A DNA stretch of 64,000 bases. Source: the human T2T-CHM13v2.0 reference genome, Homo sapiens. The position numbers and the translations under genes are program-made. Positions 46,833 through 61,222 of the stretch are shown piece by piece. Below the pieces are notes generated by a model. It was not told the origin of the DNA, made no database searches, and saw nothing but the letters and a program-made list of their open reading frames with translations. The stretch lies in NCBI RefSeq assembly GCF_009914755.1, contig NC_060945.1, one strand, 5' to 3'. Numbering within the stretch: position 1 is the first letter of the stretch; each line of letters opens with the position of its first letter.

Positions 46833-47439
46833 AAGGGTATGTTTAAGAAATATCACCTTGTGGTATGGTCATGGGAAGGTTCATGTGAGTATTCTCTGGT
46901 GGCCAGAGGTTGGTAGTGTTAGCTTGCTTCGATGGCTTCCTATCACTGAGAGTGTTGGTAATGGCACTGTGGGTAATTCTGCCTAGGACCCTGCGCTTGA
47001 TTAACTACTGGACTAGAGGGAGTGTCCCTGTTTTCTTACTGTCTTATTTGTTAGGGCCCGTATTTGAGCAGTGTTATCAAACATATAAGGTACGGTTCTG
47101 ATCATCTAGGATATTCTAGTTTTTAAAGAGATCCACAAGTAGTATATAGTTTAAAAAAACAAGCTCTGTGGAATGATAGCAGATCATTTCCCCCTTCTCA
47201 TGTTCCATAATAATAACTGTTCAGTTTTTCCTACCAGAAATGTATGCATGTGTATATATACACACACAATTATATATATTATACTTTTAGTATGTATTGT
47301 GTTAGAAAACTATGTATGATTCCATTATTTTTAAGTGCATAGACAGGTGTGTGTGTGTGTATGTACACAGTGTCTGTGTATTTAAAATCCAAACCAAATG
47401 GGATCAGACATACTAAACACACAGTTTTGCAACTTAAGC

Positions 47440-47742
<303 letters not shown>

Positions 47743-47799
47743 CATTTTTTTTTACTTGACCTATGTTAGAAATATTTCCATGTCAGCTCACAGAGCTCC

Positions 47800-48082
47800 C
47801 ATTTTTTAAAATTTGGGACAGAGTCTCGCTGTCACTGAGGCTGAAGTGCAGTGGCATGATCATAGTTCACTGCAGCCTTGACCTCCTGGGTTCAAGCGAT
47901 CCTCTCACCTTAGCCTCCTGAGTAGCTGAGATTATAGGTGTACACCACCACACCCAGCTAATTTTTAAATTTTTTGTTGAGACATAGTCTTGCTATGTTG
48001 CCTAGGCTGGTCTTGAACTCCTGGCCTCAGTGATCCTCCTGTCTTGTCCTCTCACAGTGCAGCTGTGAGACACTGCCCAGCC
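47800..48082 (-). mobile_element. AluJ
   Basis: Reverse diverged dimer. Confidence 0.88.
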
Positions 48083-48576
48083 TCTATTGTTCTTAATGGT
48101 CGGAAAGTATTCTGTTCTATGGTTGTACCTCTGTTTAGTCAGACTGCATTAAAGGACATTTAAGTTCATATTTTTGCTCTTTTAAACAATGCTGGTGCGT
48201 ACTTCCTTGCATGTATAGTTGTGTTCTGTGAGTATTGGCCATAGGATGTCTATTTATAAGGAAAGTGGCTGGTTCACCAGGTATATGGATATTTGAATAT
48301 ATGTTGCCATATTGTCTTCCAGAAAAGTAGCAGTAGTTTATGCTTTCACCAGCAGTGTCTGAGAGTGTATAGTTTCTCAAATCTCACCAACACTGTTGTT
48401 ACCTTAGATTTTTGTGAATGTAATAGGTGAATAATGATGTCTAGTTGTTTGGATTTGCATTTCTTTAATTATGACTGAGTTTGAACACCTTAAGTTGTAC
48501 TATAAGATTTTTATTTTAAATAACAAAATAATTCATTCTTCATCAGATGTATGTTATAGTTAAAGTATTTCCTGGG

Positions 48577-48875
48577 GGCCAGGCATGGTTTCTCACACCT
48601 GTAATCCCAGCAATTTGGGAGGCCGAGGTGGGCTGATCACCTGAGGTTGGGAGTTTGAGACGACCCTGACCGACATGGAGAAACCCTGTCTCTACTAAAA
48701 ATACAAAATCAGCCGGGTGTGGTGGTACATGCCTGTAATCCCAGCTACTGGGGAGGCTGAGGCAGGAGAATTGCTTGAACCTGGGAGGCGGACGTGGTGG
48801 TGAGCCGGAGATCACGCCATTGCACTCCAGCCTGGGCAACAAGAGCGAAACTCCATCTCGAAAAACAAAACAAAA
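48577..48875 (+). mobile_element. AluSp
   Basis: 'ctgaccgacatggagaaacc'; flanking AAAGTATTT repeats. Confidence 0.9.
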
Positions 48876-51089
48876 GTATTTTTTGGGTTCCCTTTATTTC
48901 GTTACTCTGTTGATTGAATAACTGATGTTTTGATAAATTGTAAATGCCTACAGAAAAGAGGGCTCTTGTTCTTCTTCAATTGAGTGAACATTTGCATGTC
49001 CTCTGTATGAGATATGAGTCGTGGTAGAAGCTTTTGATTATAAAAGTGAATAAGGTTTGGTTACATCTGCTTTTAATGTTGAGATAGGTGTGTCAATACA
49101 GGAAAACTTGAACACAGATAAGACCATGGCCGTTAACAGTTAGAGGGGTTGACATGTGGAGAGCTAGAAGAGCACAGGAAGTAAGACAATTATGGGGATT
49201 CGAGTGTGCATTGTGGAGATGGGACTGGGTCTCGATCTTGAAGAGTGGATGGATGGGCTTTTTATGGTGGAACCTGAGGACTTGACAGTCTATTGGAGGA
49301 AGTCATGTGGGCAATGGGTGGTGGTGGGAAATGAAGGTGACTTTGAAGAATGACAGAGTCATATCCCTGGAGCATCAGATGAGGGAGAGAGGGAGGGAGA
49401 GTGAGTTTGGTATGCTCAGGGAGTGAAGGGGACACTTGTGGACATGAGAGTGGGGTTGAGTCTTAATATTATAAAGATATGAATTTGGGGCGATTGAGGG
49501 TTTTTCAGCAGGGATTAGGACAGATCTGTGGGTTGGAGGGAGGTGACACTGTAAGAAGGAGGGTTTGGAAGGCAGGACCATTCTAGATGTAATGTATAGG
49601 CATGAGGGAATACGAAGAGGTGAAAAGTGGAAGACAGATGGGAAAACCTTAAAAATATTCTTAATTATACTTTAATTTCCAACAGACCAAAGTGAGTATT
49701 TCTGGATTCAAACAGCAACATGGCCAAGTTTTTGGAGATAGGAAAAAGAGTATTAAGCTTTGTTGGCAGTATACTAAAAGGTTCTAGGAATGCAGTGATT
49801 AGGTTTTAGTGGGACATGGAGAATATGTCCTACTGAGGACCTGAAGGAACTGTTGAGGAACTGAAGATAAAATTATTATTGTAGTTCAGACCTTACATTA
49901 GGGACAGGTGGAAATAATTTGCAGCACCATTAAATATGAGCTAAAAAATAGGGCAGTGGGAGAGGGCAATGTTTGAAGCTGTGAATCTGTAAAGGAAAAG
50001 GTTGTATCATAATTCATGGTTTGGAAAATGGAGAGTAGCTGAGCATGTGAGCAGTTTCATTTTTTCTGAGCATCTTAGTATTTGCCTGAAAAAAATCTCA
50101 TATTCTCTTTATTTTTTCATGTATCCTAATTGGAAGACTGGTTATTTAAAAAGCATTTATCTTGTGGAGTGATAGAACTATTTATTGAGCACCTGCTGGT
50201 GCCAAATATAGAAAAACCTGGGGCCTGGGAATCAGTGCTGAAACAAAGGCCACTCCTGTCCCTGCTATCACGGATGTTACGTTCTGGCTGGGGGAATCTT
50301 TAATAGTTCTTGAGTAGGCCTAAGGACTTAGTCTAGAATAGATACAAATTAAATTTTCCTTAAAGCGAACATAGAGTCTATAAAATGGAATAATTTTTGA
50401 TGTTGCTTTTTGAAGGTCAAAAAATTTTTGTTTCATTTTAGAGTCCTTTTAACAGTTAATTTTGACTTAAAAGTTTGTTTGGATAAAAATAGGACTCTAG
50501 CCCTTAAGACAAATACTGTCTGTTGAAAAATTTATTCTGATTTGGTTATTTTCCCTCGAAAAAAACAACTGTTACCACAGTGGTGTTTTTTACTTTATCT
50601 TTACATCAAATGTTCGTTATTGAGAGACATTGCTTCTGTGATATAAAAGATTGTTTTGTAAAAGTTTGTTGAAACAACAATGGTAAGATCCTATAGGATC
50701 TCATTGAGTATTTTACAGTTTAATTTTTTTTTTTTGTATTTCGTTGTTGTGGTTCTGTAGTACAATTTAAAACATCAGTAAAGCTAGGTAAATTTACCTA
50801 GGAATTGGCCTGAAGGCCCACAGTTACTCAGCAATATTAGAGACAGCTATGCAAAGGGAGAAGCCAGGCGTTTTAAGATTCACGGGAGACAGTTTGTAGG
50901 AAGGCTGTTTGCTGAATAAGACAAAGATACAGACATGCAAAGTAAAGGATGTGGGCCTATAGGGAAGGTCAAAGAATAAGGAAAGTTCACTTGAGTGAGC
51001 AGAAATGGAAGAGGGATTTAAGCAAATAGATGAACAAGAATTGTCTCTCCTAAAAAAAAAAAACCTACACAATTATTTGATGATTTATT

Positions 51090-51485
51090 ATGACTTTTGG
51101 GGTAGAGACCACGCTAGTCACAGGATCTGCAAGCCCTGCCACCTGGATGATCTGGCTCCAGCTGGCTCACTGCCTCTTCTCACCAGTCTCTGGATCATGT
51201 GACTGTACCGGCTCCTAGTCTTTGCATATGCTGCTTCCTTGGCTTGGGATCATCACTTCTATCAGCTCTTCTATCCCTTCTATGCGCTCTTCGTTTTAAA
51301 AATCTCATGTGTCCTTGTACTCTTCCTTCATAACGCTTATTACAGTTGATAATTTTTTAGTGCTTATTTGATTAATGCCCTCCAGAGATGAGGACCAGTA
51401 GTGTTTTGCTCTCTCTTGCAATCTCAGTGGTTGGCAGGGTGCTTGGCACATAGTAAACACTAAATAAACATTTGTTGAATGAATC
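51090..51485 (+). mobile_element. L2 3' end
   Basis: 'gcttggcacatagtaaacactaaataaacatttgttgaatgaat'. Confidence 0.7.
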
Positions 51486-51972
51486 AGTGAACTACATGCT
51501 TTGGTCTTTACTAGTTGGTCTCAAGGACCAAAAACCTACAGTAGGAAGATGTTTGTTGGACTAAGAGATTAGCAGGAAATATGAGAGCTTTGAGGAAAAA
51601 GGAAAAGATGAAGTTTTTTAAAGATAGGATTAGAAAGTTCTATGTAGTCAGGAGAAAGAAAATTATTCGTGGAATAATTCAACAAATGCACATGAAATGC
51701 CTACTATGTATTGAGAATTAGATACTGGAAATGTGGAGTGGAAAGATTCTGTCTTCTGTATTAAAGGAGTGTATAATTGTAGTAGTTTACTGAAATGGGG
51801 ACAGTCCTTAGTGGTTGTTTGGAGCAGGTGTAAGTTGTGGAGAGGGATCAGCCTGGATCAGGATATTCTTCACTCTTCTAGCCGACACAGTGAAGTTCAT
51901 TCAGCAGTTATATCTGGAATGTAGCTCTGGCATTTGTAGTAGCTTTCAGGTGCATATCGAATATAAGTGCTA

Positions 51973-52158
<186 letters not shown>

Positions 52159-52529
52159 TTATTTGTTTAAAGACTGACAGAATAGTTCATTTGGATTCTT
52201 TTTGGCTTTAACTTCAAGTTTGGACAACAGAACAAGAATGAGGAAAAGTTTGTAGTATGGACAAGTTTTCAAAAGAATGAGTCGTGTAGTTAGAAAATTG
52301 AAGCTGTTGATCTTGTCAGCTGAATGAGCTTTCTTAAAGCTTATAAAGGGATATGTTTGAATATAGTTTTATAACCTTTTTCAGTGACTAATTTCTGTAG
52401 TAAATATTTGGAAAAGCAAATCATCACATAATTCCTGCAGGTCTCTTTGTGCCTGGCTCCATGCTAAGCTCTTGGGACATAATAGTGAATCAGATGGATA
52501 TTCATGGTTCCTGCCCTCATGAAGCTTGC

Positions 52530-52685
52530 TTTCTTTTTTTTTTTAAAAAAAAAAATTAAATTTTTTTTTATAGTGATCTCACTTTTACGGGGATCTCACT
52601 TTGTTGCCCAGGCTGGTCCAAACTCCTGGGCTCAAGTGATCCTCCTGCCTCAGCCTCATGAAGCGTAAGCCACTGTGCCTAGCAG
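52530..52685 (-). mobile_element. FLAM-like Alu monomer
   Basis: Reverse left-arm sequence. Confidence 0.7.
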
Positions 52686-53349
52686 TTGAAGCTTTCAGTT
52701 AGTCAGAACTCCCTGGAGTGAGTGTAAAGGAAAACCTGGCTTGTGGATTGGGTGAGCAGTTGTATTGATTTACTTATTTATTTATAATTTCTTGAACTTA
52801 GTTTTGGTAGCACCGTTTTAAACTACTTTAAACTACTTGTTGCTTTATTTCTGGTAACATAGGGAGTGTGGGATCACACTTACTTTACCAAGGTAAAATA
52901 AAAACTTGGATCTTCAACCTTTTGGCAGATTATTTTCTAAAAAAGGTATTCTTGTAAATCTGAGTTTCTCCTCTTAAAAAGCAAGCTACTATTTAGTAAC
53001 AGTAACAATAGCTACTATTAATCAGTTACCTGCAGCAGACCAGCCACTGGCCTACTGAATGAATAACTATTTATTATTAGTTATTTTAATATACCTAGAA
53101 AGTGATTGGTATTATCCGTGTTTACCTCCAGATAATAAAAAGCCTAAACAGTTAAGTGCCGTAAAGTTGAACATTTAGAGAAAAAGAAGAGTTTCTGTAA
53201 CCCATTAACTGAAGAAATAGATAAAAGTTCTGGCATGCTGGGATTGATACCTTGTGTTATTGGTTCATTAGTTTTTTTGGATTATAAACAAGATAATCTA
53301 ACACCTTTCTGTGTTTGGGGAAGTCTTTATCTTAGGAGTCTTTGTGAGA

Positions 53350-53818
53350 GGGAGAGCGATCTCCACCATTAAGAAAGCTAATTGTTCACTTTCCCCACCG
53401 CTTTTGCAGTTAGGATGCAATCCTGTGGCCTCCATGACTGGCAGTGCTTGCCTACCTCAGAGGCCAGTGATCTGCAGAGGCAGGCGGTATGTAGAATCTG
53501 TATTCTCTAGTCAAGGAGGGATGGGGATGGGATAGCAGCTTATCTTTTCCATAGGCAGCAGTGACTGAGATTCCAGTTGCAACACTTAGTGCCTGGTGTT
53601 GGTATCAGTATAAGTTGCAGTGACTGAGTCTCATTTGGTCTTCACTGGACCATATCTGTGGTTTGAATTTTGGATGTTCTTAACTATGTAGCTTTCCAGC
53701 CTGGTCCCCATGGGGTTTTCTGTGAGTTGCCTAATACACTTTAATAACTTCCTTTCAGCTTAAACAAAGCCAGAGCCAGTTTCTTTGTTTGCAACTAAGA
53801 ACCTTTACTTGGAAGATG
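53350..53818 (+). mobile_element. ERVL LTR (LTR16/LTR33-like)
   Basis: 3' end 'gccagagccagtttctttgtttgcaactaagaacc'. Confidence 0.5.
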
Positions 53819-54158
53819 CTAATTAAGACAATAGATAATTCCAAGGAACTCTCCTGGGTCAGGTTTACCTGCATGTAGATTAGAATTTACTGAGAAGAGT
53901 TCACAGCATATATTAAGTGAAATACTTAGAAACCTGTTTATTGATTTAATTAGTTTGCTGAATTTGAGTGCCTCTTCTTGGCTGCGATATGTTTTAGGTG
54001 TTAAGGATACAGGAGTGACAAGATTGACAAGGTCCCTGCACTCACAGAGCTTATGTTCCATTGTAAGATGTAGAGTAAACAAGAAAGCAAATAACATAAT
54101 TACAAAAAGTGATAAATGCCATGAAAAAAATAAAGATGGGGTGATGTGATAGGTAATG

Positions 54159-54186
54159 GTGTATGTGTGTGTGTGTGTGTGTGTGT
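54159..54186. repeat. (TG)n microsatellite
   Basis: Directly visible TG run. Confidence 0.95.
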
Positions 54187-54219
54187 AGTTGTATCTTAGT
54201 GTAAAACATTTAAACTTCA

Positions 54220-55330
54220 GTGTCAGGAATCATGGCTTCTGCTTTTGACTATTCTGAATTTGCCTTCCTACTGTAAACATCTAGAAAACTGGACAAAACA
54301 CAGGGAAGAACTGTTTTCAGATATCAGATAATAGGTAGCACAGAACTGTGATCCCTGACAGATGGGAACCAAGTGAGATGAGCCCTGTGATGGCCAGTTT
54401 TCTGCTTGAAGGCACTTTTCACACCTCAGTGCAGGAAGGGGATCCCAGATAAAGCCACGTGGCCCCACTAAGTTGAGAAAACAAAGATTGGAGTTAGGGG
54501 TAACCAAGGGTGGTTGTCATTTGAGGAGCAGAGTTCCAGAGAGGAGGGAGCTATACTGAGAAAGAGTTCTTATACATCTACTTAGTGGTCCCCTTAAATG
54601 TTTGATTGTACATGTATAAGGTGAAGTTTCACAAAAGAACAGTTTCTGGGGGAGCTGTAAGCAGAAAAAATCTCAGAGTTTACAGAGGGCTGAGAATTAT
54701 TTGAGTACCTTGTAACCAGAGTGGAAATGCAGGATTCATTGAGACCCCAGAAGAGTTATGTCTTGGTAGTGGGGCTAAACTAGTCCTGAAGTAAAGACTC
54801 CTAGCTTTGCCTGAAAAAAGCTTAAAAGCAAGCCTTCAAAGAAGCAAACTAATCTGAAACTAATGTAATTGCCTGTTACTACAGTGCCCAACATTCTTTA
54901 AAGGAATATAACAGATCCCAATATTAATCATGTAAAATGTCCAGCATGCAATCAAAGATTACTAAATGTGTAAAGAAGCAGGTTAACATGACTCATAATT
55001 AGGAGATCAAGCAGTTGAAACCTAGAACTCACACAGATGTTAGGGTTGACAGACAAGGATATTAAAACAGTTATTGTATTTCATATGTTCTGAAAGTTTG
55101 GCAGAAACGTGGAAGGTATACAAAAGACCCAGATCAAACTTTTAGCAGCAAAAATTATAATATGTGATATGAAAAATATACTGGGTTGCATTAATGGTAT
55201 TTTAGACATTTAGAAGGAAAGATTAGTGAACTTGAAGACACAGAAGAGAAAACTCAGTCAATAGAAATAGTAATGACAGGTAATAGAATTAGCAGACAAG
55301 GTTGTTAAAGTGGCTGTCATAAAATGCAGG
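54220..55330 (+). mobile_element. Old L1 (L1MD/ME-like) 5'/ORF1-region fragment
   Basis: 'gaaagattagtgaacttgaagaca' and 'agacaaggatattaaaacagttatt'. Confidence 0.6.
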
Positions 55331-55479
55331 ATCAGATTGTGGTTAATGTTGACATCTTGGACGTGAGGTTTGCTTAAGAACAATTGTGACAAGCAGAAGT
55401 TGGCTTCATATATACATCTACATGAAGTTAGAGTAGTTGAAAATCAGTATTTGAGCAGAGCAGGGACTATGGTAGAAGA

Positions 55480-56000
55480 ACTTTATTATGTAGCAGTATG
55501 TTTATCTCTTGCTAAATGACAATATCACCACAGAGTTAGTAGCTTAAAATATACACTTCCATTTATTATCTCAGTTTCTGTGGGTCAGATGTCTGAGCAC
55601 AGTTTAGCTGAGTCCACTGCTTTAGGGTCTTAGAAGGCTGTAAAGATGTTGGCTGAGGCTGTGGTCTCATTTGAGACTTAACCACAGAAAGATCTCTTCT
55701 AAGCTCATATGGTTGTTGGCAGGATTCTGTTCTTTGTACGCTGTCAATCAGCAAACATTTGCCATCAGTTTCTTGCCATGTGGTCCTTTCTGACACACCC
55801 ACTTACTTTTGCAAAGCCAGTAAAAGAGTCACCTTGCAAGAGGTGTACATCTTAACGTGTCATAACCATGGACATGCCATGCCATTACCTTTGTTGTATT
55901 CTCTTGCTTAAAAACAAGTCACAGGTACTGCCCACACTCGGGGAATGGTGTGCACAGGATGTGAACACTAGGAGGTGGGTCATGGGAGCCTCCATCAAAG
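55480..56000 (-). mobile_element. MLT1-type LTR
   Basis: 'tttattatctcagtttctgtgggtcag...aagtcacaggtactgcccacactc'. Confidence 0.7.
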
Positions 56001-56499
56001 TTCTCTGAGCTTTTCTTTCTTATCGCTTCATGACTTGTTTCACCGGAATTTTAGAGCTATTAGGCTTTATTGCTTTAAGAAAGCACTTTTAGTATTACCA
56101 TACCATGTTCTTCTAGTTAATGGAGAAATTAGTCTGAAAGATTTTCCCTCTGTTTCTGCTCTTCTTCCCTAAAATTTGCTCTGCAAACCATTCCTCCTTC
56201 AGATGGTATGAAGGAAATAAGCCTGGGGAAAATTACCTTCTTGGAGATTGACAGCTCACATTAGCATATTGTAGGAAACCTTCTTTGCACCCGTTAACAT
56301 AGTTAGGGCAATCTTTATTAAGCTTGCCCTGAGCACTTTATAAACGTACACATACCACTAGCCAGTAAGGTACTGTTTTCATTTAACCTATGATGAAACA
56401 AGCTTAGAGGTGAACTAATTTTCCCATTTTAAATGGGAAGTGGTTGATAGGGTAGGATTCAAACCAGGCCTTAGTTTCCACTCTTAGATTTTATTCTGT

Positions 56500-56706
56500 A
56501 TTCCTTCTATATTATGGTGAGTTGTATAATTATTTCACTATATATTAATATTAAAAGGTAATACTAATAGAAATAAAGTGCACAATAAATGTAGTGCGCT
56601 TGAATCATCCCAAAACCATCTCTCCACCCCCAACCCCCACCCTGTCCTTTGAAAAATTGTCTTCCACGAAACTGGTCCCCGGTGCCAAAAAGGTCAGAGA
56701 CCGCTG
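56500..56706 (+). mobile_element. MER1 (hAT-Charlie) 3' fragment
   Basis: 'aaattgtcttccacgaaactggtccccggtgccaaaaaggtcagagaccgctg'. Confidence 0.85.
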
Positions 56707-57318
56707 CTGTAGAGCAATACTTGTCAGACTTTCTCACGTCGGGGCCTTCATGGACGAAATTGAAGACACCGTTTTGGGTATTCTGAGGGTTTTAGGGGAT
56801 CTTTGCACATCTAAAACATCTGTGGTGCTGTGTGCCACACACAACAGTTGGCAAGCTCTGCCCTATAGGTAATCACTTTTTCCTCAGTTCTTTTAGCTGC
56901 TTCTTCAATTTACCTGTCTATTCTAAACAATGTGCTTGTTTTATCAGGATGCTTTTGGATGCAGCTATTGAACCTGACCCATACTGGCTTAAAATAAGAG
57001 GACTTAACTCACAATTGGAATTCCAGGGACAGGCTCAGGGGCTAATTGATTTGGTAGCACAGTGATGTCTTCAGGGCCCCAGGTTTTCTCATTTCCCCCT
57101 TTAGTCACTGGCAGGCTCTATCCTCAGATTAATCAGATGGTTGCGGCAGTGTCAGGAGTTGGATTCAGATGCAACAGTGCCCATGGGAAGAAGGGAAGAT
57201 TATTTTTCTTGTAGCTGGATAAGAATGTGGTACCTTGGCCTAGGAACACGCCCTGGATTCAGGAAAGACTCACTAGAAAGGGAAATGGGATTACACTTAG
57301 ACCAGTTAGGCTCACTCC

Positions 57319-57418
57319 TGGCACTGGGCACGCTCTCCTTGAGCACATGTCTAAATGGACGTGGGTCCCTTGGCACTGGGCATGCTTTCCTTGAGCACAT
57401 GCCTAAATGGAGGTGGGT
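57319..57418. repeat. Two-copy tandem duplication, period 52 bp
   Basis: 57319-57366 vs 57371-57418, 44/48 identical. Confidence 0.95.
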
Positions 57419-58326
57419 GTGCAAGTGGGTTCTGAACAAAATTAGCTTCTGTTACAAAGAAAGAAAGGGAATTTGGAGGCCGGGTAGGCAACCCTGTCCC
57501 TATTTTTGTATTTGCCTTAAGATTTAATACATTATTTGTTGATTTTATTTAAGGTCGATGCCTATTTAACATTAAGCCACCTATCACACTTTTTTCTTCC
57601 AGCTCCTGATTATAGTTATATAATCTTTTTTGGTAAAATCAATATTCCATGCTTAATTATGACTAAGTTTTGTTCACCATAAACCAGATTGTGTACTATG
57701 ATTACATTTTCCACCTTGTATAATCTTGTTTTTCTAAGAGTTAGTAATTGTATTTCCATTCGCTTTGTTTTCTAGTACTTGTAAGTTTTCTCATTCTTTT
57801 TAGTAGCCACTCAATGTAGTTTTTGGTATAATAAAAAATATCCGACAGTTGTTTTTGTTCCCTCTTAAGAACCATCTTATAGAGCCTCAATCAAACTGCT
57901 CCTCTATGAAATTCTTGCTCTCTGGACCTAATAGGATCCCTTTTGCATATTTTCCAGCATGGTTGGATCTCCTGTTTCCTGGCTTTCTGGCCATTATCGT
58001 TTCTGTTTTTATCCTTCGTTTTACTGGAGGACATCTTTCAATACTTCCTGAGAAAAGGGTACATGGGAGGCTAATTTTTTGAGATACGGTCAGAAAATAC
58101 CTTTAATCTGCTTTCATTTTTAAAAGTTTTGACTGGGTATAGAAATGGAGTTGGAATGTAATTTTTACTGAGAATTCTGTATATGTGGCTTCATGGCCTT
58201 CTAGCTTCATACAGCAGATACAGTTTGAATTTTGGATTTCGTTAAAAAGAAAACACAACACTATGGAAAAGGTAGAAAATATAATGAGCTCCTTGTACTC
58301 ATCATTCAAATTCAACATGTGTTAAC

Positions 58327-58422
58327 TCATGACCTCTTTATAAATGTCTGTGTTTTTATCTCTCCCTCTTCCCTTCATGACCTCCTTATAAATTTCTGTG
58401 TTTTTATCTGTCCCTCTTCCCT
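58327..58422. repeat. Two-copy tandem duplication, period 48 bp
   Basis: 58327-58374 vs 58375-58422, 45/48 identical. Confidence 0.95.
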
Positions 58423-58426
58423 TTGA

Positions 58427-58705
58427 TTTTTTTTTTTTTTTTTTTTTTACTCTTGCCCAGGCTGGAGTGCAGTGGTCATGGCATACAGCAGTTTCGACCT
58501 CCCTGGGCTCAGGTGATGCCACCTCAGCCTCCCAAATAGCTGGGACTATAGGCACATACCACCTTGCCTGACTAATTTTTCTGTATTTTGTAGAGACGGG
58601 GGTCTTGCCATGTTGCCCAGGCTGGTCTCAAAACTCTGGGCTCAAGCAGTCCACCCACCTTGGCTTCTCAAAGTGTTGAGATTACAGGCATGAGCCACCA
58701 GCCTG
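58427..58705 (-). mobile_element. AluJ
   Basis: Reverse diverged dimer. Confidence 0.88.
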
Positions 58706-58965
58706 ACCCTGCCTCTTTTGCATTTGTAAAAGCAAACCTAGATGTATAATTTCACTTTTGAAAATTTTAATGTGTATCTGTAAAAGATAAGGATGCTGTA
58801 GCACCAATTCCTTTGTCATACCTTTAAAAGGTTAACAGTGAGTCTTCCAGTATCCAGTAAGAATTCACATTGCCTTGTTTGCCTCATCAATATTTTTTTT
58901 AACAGTTTATTTTAATCAGGATCTAAGCAAGGACCAGAAATTGCCTTGTTTGACAAATCTTTTGA

Positions 58966-59269
<304 letters not shown>

Positions 59270-59290
59270 AAAAAAGTTTGTACTATATTA

Positions 59291-59790
<500 letters not shown>

Positions 59791-60239
59791 TAAAAGAATA
59801 TTTCTGATTCGAGGTTGGTTGAACTTATGGATATATGGAGGACTGGTTTTTTTTGTTTGTTTTTTGTTTTCCATCATAGCGTTGTCTCAGTTTCCTCTGG
59901 ATTCCTGTTTCTCTGCTTGTTTTGGTTTCTTTCCTTGATGTTGGCAGCTTTCCTCAAATATTTGGCCATCCTTGGGCATGTGGCTTGTATTTAGGAGTAA
60001 GGCATAAAGCTGATGAGAGCTCTTTGCGAGGGTGAGGCTTGTTCGCTGGAGGCTTAGTAGGCGGATTGGTGGACCCATGAATATGAGTATCCCTAAGGTT
60101 TTATGGCAGTGCTCTTGGGTCTCAGGTTGGGGTTGTGAATCCCATGCTGGTGTTCTGCAGGCAGAACTGTGGAAGAAGGGCTGGCATGCACAGTTCTGTC
60201 TAAACACTTTTGCTCACTTCTGTAGTATTTACTTATGTA

Positions 60240-60415
60240 TTTTGTTTTTTGTTTTTTTTTTTTTTTAGAGACAGGGTGTTGCTCACTTGCCTGGGATGGA
60301 ATGCAGTGGCACAATCACAACTCACTGCAGCCTGGAACTCCTGGGCTCAAGTGATCCTCCTGCCTCAGCCTCCCAAAGTTCTAGGCTTGCAGTTGTGAGC
60401 CACTGTGCTCAGCCT
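60240..60415 (-). mobile_element. Alu monomer (left-arm 5' end joined to right-arm 3' end, or FAM-like)
   Basis: Single arm combining 'gcagtggcacaatc' and 'cctcccaaagt...gtgagccactg'. Confidence 0.75.
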
Positions 60416-60900
60416 TCACTTTTGTTTTCAGTCCTGTGCCTCAAACCTATTTTCTGTTGTGCTTGATACCTGTCAGTACCAAGTCTCCATATTCACTGGT
60501 CCCCAGAGAATATGTCTTTGATGTCTTTGGAGCTAGGATAGTTGCCATCCTGGATGGGGTTTGGGCCGCAATTTTGGGGTCTTATTACCTTTATTTATTT
60601 TTCTTGACAATAACTGAGAAAACTTGCAGGTATGGTACAAATAGCTTATTTTCTACACCATTTAAACGTTGTTGGCATGAAGTCCATTATTTGAAAACTG
60701 TAGTGCATTTTTCCTACAAACAAGGGCATTCTCTTACATAACAGCAATACAGCCATCAAAGTAGCAGTTTAACATGGAGACATTACTGCTATCTAATCCA
60801 TATGACTCCATTCCGTTTTTGGCAGTTGCCCCCATAGTGTAGTGTTCTTTATGGGGAGAGAATGTTGCCTAGGATCATTTACACATTTTGTCGTTACTGT

Positions 60901-61222
<322 letters not shown>

